A stretch of 64,000 nucleotides of DNA from a bacterium (GTDB taxonomy: Bacteria > UBP6 > UBA1177). A model generated the notes under the pieces. That model had not been told where the DNA came from and did no database searches. It was given only the letters and a program-made list of their open reading frames with translations. The first letter of the stretch is position 1. Each line of letters opens with the position of its first letter. Where the stretch lies: contig JAGCNV010000057.1 in NCBI GenBank assembly GCA_017645765.1, positions 2,045 to 66,044 on the forward strand, in the 5' to 3' direction. Shown here in pieces: positions 57,145 through 64,000 of this stretch. The position numbers and the translations under genes are program-made.

Positions 57145-59771
57145 TTGGTCTCCTGCTCTTTCTGATCAGTTTCCTTAGCCTTGTCCTGCGGATACTTGAC
57201 TCTGCCGTGATATATTCCGGAAAATGTATTGACAAGAGAATCTTCTATTATCTGAAGGTCTTTCGTCGTAATATTACAGTGTACGAACTGATTCTCTCTG
57301 ATTTTACCTGCCATGATCTCCTGAACTCTTGTTTTAATACCGTTTTCAGTCTTTTTATCCATCGAACGGATCGCAGCTTCGCAGCTGTCGGCAATCATCA
57401 GAAGTGCTGTCTCTTTCGAACGAGGCGAAGGTCCTGCATACTTGAATTCAGCTTCAGAAACATTCGGATCAAGTTCTTTCGCTTTTTTGTAGAAATATCC
57501 GACGAGCGTCGTGCCGTGATGCTCGACTATCGCCGATTCAATTTCTTCTCCGAGATGATATTTTTTGGCAAGTTCAAGACCGTATTTCACATGGTTCGTT
57601 ATGATTCTCGCAGACATTGTCGGTCGGTAGTTGTCGTGCGCATTCTTCCTGTCGCGCTGGTTTTCAGTGAAATATTCAGGTCTTTCAAGCTTCCCGATGT
57701 CGTGGAAATAAGCCATGACCTTGCATTTAAGCGGGTTAAGCCCAAGTTCGCGCGCCGCGACTTCGACAAGCGATGCGACCGTAAGCGAATGCTGGTAGGT
57801 TCCGTTCGCATATACTGACATCTGCTTGATAAGTTCGTTGCTCATTGTCGAATAGCCGACATATTTGATGTTCGTTACGTAATCCAAAGTCGATTCGAAA
57901 AGAGGTATCATTATCGTCAGCAGACCGCCGGAAAGCAATGCCGAAACAAATGCACATACTATAGCGGCGAAAATATGTATGCCGCTGTGATTTAAAGAAA
58001 AGTCAAGCATACCTACAACAAGAGCCAGCCCCATCGAAAAAATCGAAAATTTGAAGCTCTGCCACATGATCTGACCTGAAGATTCGACGTGGAAAATGAT
58101 ATACATGAAAATCAGAGAACCGAAGATATAAAAAACAGGAATAAAGTAGTTTTCAGGAAAGAGCATCGTAAGCGCCGCAGAGAGAACAAAAAGGAAAAAA
58201 CAGGCCGTTTCGGTATTGACCAGAACTCTTACTGCTGCAACGAAAAACGGCAGCGGAAAGAAGAAGTATATAGCTTTGTTGTCGAGAGTAACCTCCTGAA
58301 TCCACGGCATCGCATAACGCAGAAGAAAAAACGCCATAAACATCAGCAAAGTCATAAGCAGAAGGTCTTTGTTGCGGTATCTGAATTTGCCTATCGAGCG
58401 GATAAAAACAAGAAAAACTATAGAAACAAATGCTGCAATATAGAAAAAATTACCGAAAAAGAAATGCTCTCCCGAAATGTTGTCGGACTGTTCCTGCATT
58501 ACTTTGAAAACTTCGATATCATCTTTTGTGATCACCGCTTTGGACGAAATGACACGCTCACCTCTCGAGATTTTCCGTTCAGATCTGGGAGCGTTGTTTT
58601 TCGCCTCGATTTTGTTAAATTCGGTAATTTCAGCATTGTAGAATATCGAATCCTTCATGGTCCATGTACCGACTTCAGCGACTGTTTCAAATCCGTGCTC
58701 AGTGAAATCGGACATATTAAGCTTATCCTTCATGTGAAGGATCTCGGCTTTGAGAGCCTGAGAATTTATTATTTTGCCTGTCTGAATGAAAAACGAGTTG
58801 ATTTTTATCGCATCAGGCGAGACTTCCTGAGAATATGAATCCTTTTTTCTGACGACGATATGCTTCGGAACATAGTCGGCAGGAATACCTTCGCGCAGAA
58901 TGTAGTAGTCGTTCTGATTGAAGTAGTCTGAAATCTCGGCGATAGCGTCAGGAATACGGGCAGGAAAAATATTGTCGGCAAGTTCACGGAAAACATAATT
59001 TGAAAGAGGTGTACCGATTATACGCTCGAAATCGTTCCGTTTTTTAAGAAAAAGAGCCGGCAGACCAGTTTTAAATTCCCGCAGTTCGCTGTTTTTACCG
59101 GAATTTATCACATAATCGGTCAGAATATCGTGAAATTCCGGCGGAAAAGGAAGATTTTTCGCTGCAATAGTCTCTTTTATATTCTCCCTCGCCGCATCAC
59201 GCATCATTTTAAACGCTTCACTGAGAGCTTCTAAATTCCTCCTCTGATCAACAAAATCGTAAGTATTCGGAACATCCTTCTGCGCCCTTTCCTGATTTTT
59301 AGATGTCTCTTCCTCGTTTATTATCGTGTAGTCCTTGTCAGCAATTATCGAATGGTCGATCGTATGACCGATATTTCTCTCATCCACAGGATAGTTTTCT
59401 TTTCCGGAATCGGGGATCAGAATCCACGAAAGAAACAGCGTAAAAACGAAAAATATTATAAAACGCGACCTTGTATCATTCTTGCGCAGCCAGCCGACAT
59501 ATTTTTCAGAAAAATCATCAAATTTTTCAAGCAGCGTTACATAGTAAAATATCGCCGAAAAAACGAACCAAACCATAATTTGCGGTGAAGTTTCACGTTT
59601 TTTCTGCCATAAGTCATAGATTTTATAAGGCTTTTCAAACTTGCCGAAACGCCAGCGGAAAATATCTTCGTCTTCGTTATCGAATGATTTTTCTATAATA
59701 AATTTCAGCTTTTTAAACTCTTTTACAAGCCTGACATTCAGTTTGTCGTTTGTCTCTCTTAAACTTTCCAT
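57141..59771 (-). CDS. 7TM-HD (HDIG) phosphohydrolase, PgpH-like
   Basis: Extracytoplasmic domain, about 7 TMs, GTYQHS, HDIGK, YFTENQ, EHHGT, ADSCEAA; adjacent to ybeY. Confidence 0.9.
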   Translation of the reverse strand: MESLRETNDKLNVRLVKEFKKLKFIIEKSFDNEDEDIFRWRFGKFEKPYKIYDLWQKKRETSPQIMVWFVFSAIFYYVTLLEKFDDFSEKYVGWLRKNDTRSRFIIFFVFTLFLSWILIPDSGKENYPVDERNIGHTIDHSIIADKDYTIINEEETSKNQERAQKDVPNTYDFVDQRRNLEALSEAFKMMRDAARENIKETIAAKNLPFPPEFHDILTDYVINSGKNSELREFKTGLPALFLKKRNDFERIIGTPLSNYVFRELADNIFPARIPDAIAEISDYFNQNDYYILREGIPADYVPKHIVVRKKDSYSQEVSPDAIKINSFFIQTGKIINSQALKAEILHMKDKLNMSDFTEHGFETVAEVGTWTMKDSIFYNAEITEFNKIEAKNNAPRSERKISRGERVISSKAVITKDDIEVFKVMQEQSDNISGEHFFFGNFFYIAAFVSIVFLVFIRSIGKFRYRNKDLLLMTLLMFMAFFLLRYAMPWIQEVTLDNKAIYFFFPLPFFVAAVRVLVNTETACFFLFVLSAALTMLFPENYFIPVFYIFGSLIFMYIIFHVESSGQIMWQSFKFSIFSMGLALVVGMLDFSLNHSGIHIFAAIVCAFVSALLSGGLLTIMIPLFESTLDYVTNIKYVGYSTMSNELIKQMSVYANGTYQHSLTVASLVEVAARELGLNPLKCKVMAYFHDIGKLERPEYFTENQRDRKNAHDNYRPTMSARIITNHVKYGLELAKKYHLGEEIESAIVEHHGTTLVGYFYKKAKELDPNVSEAEFKYAGPSPRSKETALLMIADSCEAAIRSMDKKTENGIKTRVQEIMAGKIRENQFVHCNITTKDLQIIEDSLVNTFSGIYHGRVKYPQDKAKETDQKEQETK

Positions 59772-59878
59772 TTTTCTCCGCAGACAAAAAACGGGGCATT
59801 ATGAACCAAAAGGCCTTTCAAGTCAAAATTGTCGGGAAGAATGTTACAACGTGACGACGTAAAGCCGTTACGACAATA

Positions 59879-62125
59879 TTACCGATTTTTTTCTTCTCCG
59901 GTTTCAAGCAGCTGACCTTGGAATATTCCAGAATTTTTGATGAAAAATACCGCCTTGAGAGGTTCTGCAAAAATTTCGAGTTTTTTCGCATAATCCTCTT
60001 CCTCACCTTTTTCAGGCGTATTCAGACCTAGAAAAACAACATCGGCAACGCCGCTGACACGGCTTAAGACATGTTCAAAAAGTTCATCTTTTTCCTTAAT
60101 GATTATCATTGGTTCAGCACTTATTCTCGAATCTGCCGAAAGTTTTCTGAGTTCCGCTTCGGCGCCCTCTTCAGCTGATTCATCCGGAATCATTCTGAGA
60201 AGTTTGATGACCGCGTTATCCCACGCCGGAGACTTGGTGAGAAGATAAGCTAAAAGCAGCATCAGATCGCCGTTCCTCTGCAAACCGCCCCACCAGACAT
60301 GAATCGTTTTCTGCGAGTTCTTGATATTGAAATCGGGCGAAACCTTGCCTATTACCGTCGATTTTTTAAGGGTAGCCACACGGCGCATGACAGAAAGATA
60401 ACGCGGCAGGTACTTTTCCACATCGTCGGGCCAGCACATCATTATCGTGTTAGAGCGCAGCCCAGCAATTCCGTTTGACTGGACCGCAGCAAGGATTCCC
60501 TCTTCGAAATTTTCCATGACAGTCAATTCAGGAAAAACCGAAAGAGAGTGCTTTTTGTAAAAATTCTCCATAAAATCGACTTCTTTCTCGATTTTAAGGT
60601 TATCTTCGCCGAGTCTGCCGAATATGACTTTCGTGACAGTGACTATTCCGCTGCTGAGACCAAAATCTGAAGCAAATCCGACAAGTTTTATCTGTTTTTC
60701 GTTGTCGTTTATGAAAACCTGAATGTAGGGACGCCAGTTTCTCGGAGTCATTTTGAGGTCTTTCAGCTGAACCAGCGAATTTTTGATGAGATTTTCGTAA
60801 ACACCGCGCCTTGCGTCACCGACTGCAGAATTTTGCGCCGCGACACGTCTCAGAATGAAGTAAAGTATAACTTCGATGATTATAGCGACTACGCTGAGCA
60901 TAGGATCAATGAGGAACATTACGATTATGCAGGCGATGCCGCCGACAAGACTGATGATTGCCGGAATTTTGAACTGCGGCCGCCACGAAGGCTCGTTGCT
61001 GATCGTTTCAAGCGCCGCCGTTATATTGACAATACCGTAAACCGTAAGGAAAAATATGGTAAGAATCGAAGCGACCGTGTTGAGATCTCCGAGAAAAACC
61101 GCTCCGCAGGCGATTAGCAGCGAAAGTGCGAACGAAGCATACTCCCCTTTTTTCGACTTCAGAAAACCGAGAGCCTTTTTGTTTCCGACCTGATCGCACG
61201 CCATCGCGATAAAAGTCCGCGGCGCACCGAGCATCGATCCCACAGCACTTGAAAAAATCGCGCCGAAAAGTCCGGGGAGAATAACTATATTTCCATTTAC
61301 CGGCGAAATTCTCGACCAGATCATCGGATCTTTAAGCATTTCCGGATCAGAAGTCGAACCCATCGAAAGGAAAAGCGGAAGAGTGATATAAAACGCAAAA
61401 CCGGTGAGAGTCGCAGCAATAGCACCAATCGGAATCGATTTTTGCGGATTTTCCAGATCTCCCGACAGTCCCAAGCCCGCCATAATTCCGCTTACGGCAG
61501 GGAAAAATATCGCCATAGCCGTAAAAAACGAAAGATCTCCGTGTCTTTGAAAAATTTCTCCGACACTTGTCGGGAAAGTCGAAAAACAACCGGTAAAACT
61601 TCCTTTCATAAACGCGCCGATTATCAGGAAAAGTATTGAAACTGCTACGAAAATCATAACCGGGATCTGAGTTTTCATCGCAAAACCGGCTCCGATGAAA
61701 GAAACTGCCGCAACAACCGCGATTATTCCGAAAGTAACCGCATAAAGCGAAAAGGAAGTCTCGAAAAGCATCTTTATGACTTCGGCGAGACCGAACGAAT
61801 AGAGCGTTATCGAAAGCGCTTGAGAAAGAAAAAGAGGAAGTCCGACAGCTCCGCCTATTTCAAAGCCCAAACTTCTCGAAACAATGTAGTAAGCTCCCCC
61901 TACACCCACTTTTTTGTTGGTCGCAATAGATGAAAACGAGAGGGTTGTTATTAAAGTTATCGAATTTGATATAAGAACAATAAAAACCATCGGCCAGAGC
62001 CCGACAGTTCCGACAAGACTTCCGGCACGCATATACATTATGACACCGAAAATCGTGAGGATCGTCGGGGTATAAACACCTAAAAAAGTTCCGAGTTTTT
62101 TATTTTCACCTTTTTCCATAGTCAT
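59879..62125 (-). CDS. cation-chloride cotransporter (SLC12-like) family permease
   Basis: LGTFLGVY.PT.LTI.GVIMY.R; GGAYY..SRSLG; FFPAV.GIMAG; RNWRP; IHVWW. Confidence 0.9.
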   Translation of the reverse strand: MTMEKGENKKLGTFLGVYTPTILTIFGVIMYMRAGSLVGTVGLWPMVFIVLISNSITLITTLSFSSIATNKKVGVGGAYYIVSRSLGFEIGGAVGLPLFLSQALSITLYSFGLAEVIKMLFETSFSLYAVTFGIIAVVAAVSFIGAGFAMKTQIPVMIFVAVSILFLIIGAFMKGSFTGCFSTFPTSVGEIFQRHGDLSFFTAMAIFFPAVSGIMAGLGLSGDLENPQKSIPIGAIAATLTGFAFYITLPLFLSMGSTSDPEMLKDPMIWSRISPVNGNIVILPGLFGAIFSSAVGSMLGAPRTFIAMACDQVGNKKALGFLKSKKGEYASFALSLLIACGAVFLGDLNTVASILTIFFLTVYGIVNITAALETISNEPSWRPQFKIPAIISLVGGIACIIVMFLIDPMLSVVAIIIEVILYFILRRVAAQNSAVGDARRGVYENLIKNSLVQLKDLKMTPRNWRPYIQVFINDNEKQIKLVGFASDFGLSSGIVTVTKVIFGRLGEDNLKIEKEVDFMENFYKKHSLSVFPELTVMENFEEGILAAVQSNGIAGLRSNTIMMCWPDDVEKYLPRYLSVMRRVATLKKSTVIGKVSPDFNIKNSQKTIHVWWGGLQRNGDLMLLLAYLLTKSPAWDNAVIKLLRMIPDESAEEGAEAELRKLSADSRISAEPMIIIKEKDELFEHVLSRVSGVADVVFLGLNTPEKGEEEDYAKKLEIFAEPLKAVFFIKNSGIFQGQLLETGEEKNR

Positions 62126-62232
62126 CCTCTAAAAAACAAAACTGCGGCATTATAATAAGATTTTTAAAAATTACGATTCTTTAACTCTCTTTTTAATATT
62201 AAGCAGGTCTTCTTCTTCGACTTTGAAAAATC

Positions 62233-64000
62233 TCACTTCTTTTTTGTCAGTTTCTCATACATTTTGAAAAGTTCGGCAACAATTTCAGTTTCACTCATTT
62301 TCGGACTAAAACCGTAAGCTGACATAACAGCTTTGTCGTTTTCTTTGTGGGCCTTTCTCAATTCCGGCGGCATTGTGCTTCCATCGTAAAGGTCGGCAAG
62401 TGACGAGTCAGGATATTTCGCTCTCGCATCGAGAATAGCCTGCGCGGTTTGCTCGATTTTTGCTTTCTGCGCATCTGTCGGATTGCACCACGGAAAATTG
62501 TTGTAAACAAGTAATGCCGAATAGCGGTAATCACTTTTTAATCTGCCTGCTACCGTACGCATCCAAGCATTGTGGACGCCGCTTGTCATAATTCCGAACT
62601 CATAAAGCGTTGCATTCGGAATCAGAAGATTTGCGTTGGAAGAGATTACAGCACTGTCAATAAATCCAAGCGGAATATAACGTCTGTTTTCAGATGAAGT
62701 GCTCGGAACCAAAAGATAGTTTCCGCTTTCAGGATGACGGTTTTCGGTAAAGAGATACGGATATGCAGCCCAGTTGCGGGTTGCTTCTTTTTTGCTTGAA
62801 GAACGCATTTTTTTTACAGCCTCGATCCGTTTCATAACAAGCGGCATCTTCCGAAGTTCAGCAGGACTTGCATTTACAAGCCAGAGACAATAACGTTTTG
62901 TACCGTTGATAAATTCTTCCGCTCCTAAAAATTCACGGATAAATTTTTTCGCATCAGGTTCTGTTTTGATGAAATCGTCGTATTCTTCGGCTGAGACAAT
63001 AAGATTTCCACCATCAGTAGGTTGACTGCCCTTGTTCATTTCCGAAACCGCGCAAAGCGGCTTTTTCCTGTTTTCAATAAAAACATTCGGCATATCAAGC
63101 AGATATCCGTTTATATTCTTAGCTTCGATGACAGTTCCGTCAGCGTTGAAAATCTTTTTATTGTCACACTTTTTATCTTGATTTTGCGTCAGCAAAATCG
63201 AATCCGTGTGGCAACTAAACCCGATAATTACGCAGTGAACCGCCGCCATATTCTTTTTGTCAGTAGTTTCGTTTTCCCATCGGAATGTCCTCCATGCAAA
63301 ATCAAAGTGCATTCCGTCAGCAAAGAGCGGTTTCCAGAGATTGGCGACCGTCGCACCTTGCGTTATGGAGTTTGTAGAAACAAAAGCACATCTTGTTTTT
63401 GTACTTTTAATTGTATCAAATGCCTTTTTATACCAGCAGCAGACATAATCGAGATCGCCCGCGCCGCTCCAGTCCTTGCCGAAAGTGTAAATCACATCTT
63501 CTTTCTGATGTTTTTCCAGAAATCTTGCTCCCACAAACGGAGGATTTCCGATTATGTAGTCATAAATCACAGATTGGCTGCTGTTTTTTTCAGGGAATTT
63601 CTTTTCTGTAATCTCTTTGGTTGCAACATTCAGCTCCTTAAAGTGCGCTCCGTAAGGAATTTCAGGCTCATGCACGCAGTATTCCCAAGCTTTTTCTCCG
63701 GCTTTGTAGACATTCAGTTTGTCGGCATAGACAATTTTCTCATTCTGCTCTTCTTCAAGCGTTGACCAATTCATTCTGAGGGCGTCTCCTTCAACAATCG
63801 TCGCACTTGTCGAAAGAGGCAGGAAATCAAGATCTTCTTCTACAATTTCCTCGGTTTCTTTCATCATCTGCGATTCTGCGATCCAGAGTGCCGTTTTTGC
63901 GACTGTTACGGCAAAATCGTTGATTTCAATGCCGTAGAACTGTGAAATTTTCACTTTTATAGGAGAAAAATCACTGCCTAAAAGCTGCTGGTTTCCGTGA
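62233..64000 (-). CDS. MmeI-like (type IIL, YeeA family) restriction-modification enzyme, 5'-partial
   Basis: QFYGIEINDFA; GNPPF motif IV; STNSITQG; WMRTVAGRLKSDYRYS; LADLYD. The frame stays open to the window edge. Confidence 0.9.
   Translation of the reverse strand, partial: HGNQQLLGSDFSPIKVKISQFYGIEINDFAVTVAKTALWIAESQMMKETEEIVEEDLDFLPLSTSATIVEGDALRMNWSTLEEEQNEKIVYADKLNVYKAGEKAWEYCVHEPEIPYGAHFKELNVATKEITEKKFPEKNSSQSVIYDYIIGNPPFVGARFLEKHQKEDVIYTFGKDWSGAGDLDYVCCWYKKAFDTIKSTKTRCAFVSTNSITQGATVANLWKPLFADGMHFDFAWRTFRWENETTDKKNMAAVHCVIIGFSCHTDSILLTQNQDKKCDNKKIFNADGTVIEAKNINGYLLDMPNVFIENRKKPLCAVSEMNKGSQPTDGGNLIVSAEEYDDFIKTEPDAKKFIREFLGAEEFINGTKRYCLWLVNASPAELRKMPLVMKRIEAVKKMRSSSKKEATRNWAAYPYLFTENRHPESGNYLLVPSTSSENRRYIPLGFIDSAVISSNANLLIPNATLYEFGIMTSGVHNAWMRTVAGRLKSDYRYSALLVYNNFPWCNPTDAQKAKIEQTAQAILDARAKYPDSSLADLYDGSTMPPELRKAHKENDKAVMSAYGFSPKMSETEIVAELFKMYEKLTKKK

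Noticed and set aside
1-64000. DGR template repeat, reverse transcriptase or Avd gene within the window
   Set aside because: No AAC-rich copy of the variable regions was seen on either strand in intergenic DNA, and no ORF has RT motifs; the DGR core, if real, lies elsewhere.
1-64000. CRISPR array, rRNA, tRNA, integrase or transposase
   Set aside because: No regularly spaced repeat-spacer array, recognisable structural RNA gene or recombinase motif was found by eye; short tRNAs could have been missed.

Overview
A 64-kb bacterial chromosomal window, probably from an anaerobic diderm (BamA/TamA-family protein, lnt, a rubrerythrin-desulfoferrodoxin-FprA-rubredoxin operon; a few proteins loosely resemble Myxococcota/deltaproteobacterial families, but taxonomy cannot be fixed from this window). 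Core genes (uvrC, mfd, rluD, ruvX, yhbY, punA, cdd, truB, serS, rimO, cstA, lnt, ybeY) alternate with accessory patches. (1) Four Cys-rich DUF1566 (Lcl-type C-type-lectin fold) proteins lie at 1-2.8 kb and 12.5-18.2 kb; three have lipoprotein signals and one is 5'-truncated. One carries two 119-nt segments that differ almost only at positions 1-2 of NNC/NNT codons, the signature of diversity-generating retroelement (DGR) variable regions. No template repeat or reverse transcriptase is in the window, so these look like remote targets, with two variable regions inside one gene. (2) An AT-rich, partly decayed defence island at 33.4-41.5 kb contains a GHKL ATPase-nuclease, a DUF2075 helicase, vsr and XRE remnants and a frameshifted gene, next to a type II toxin-antitoxin pair. 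(3) A ToxN/AbiQ type III toxin has an upstream antitoxin made of two sequence-divergent but structurally covarying pseudoknot units. Also present: a catalytically degenerate P1B-ATPase-like protein, REP-like palindrome families and a partial MmeI-like restriction-modification gene. All family assignments come from motif recognition by eye; no database searches were run.
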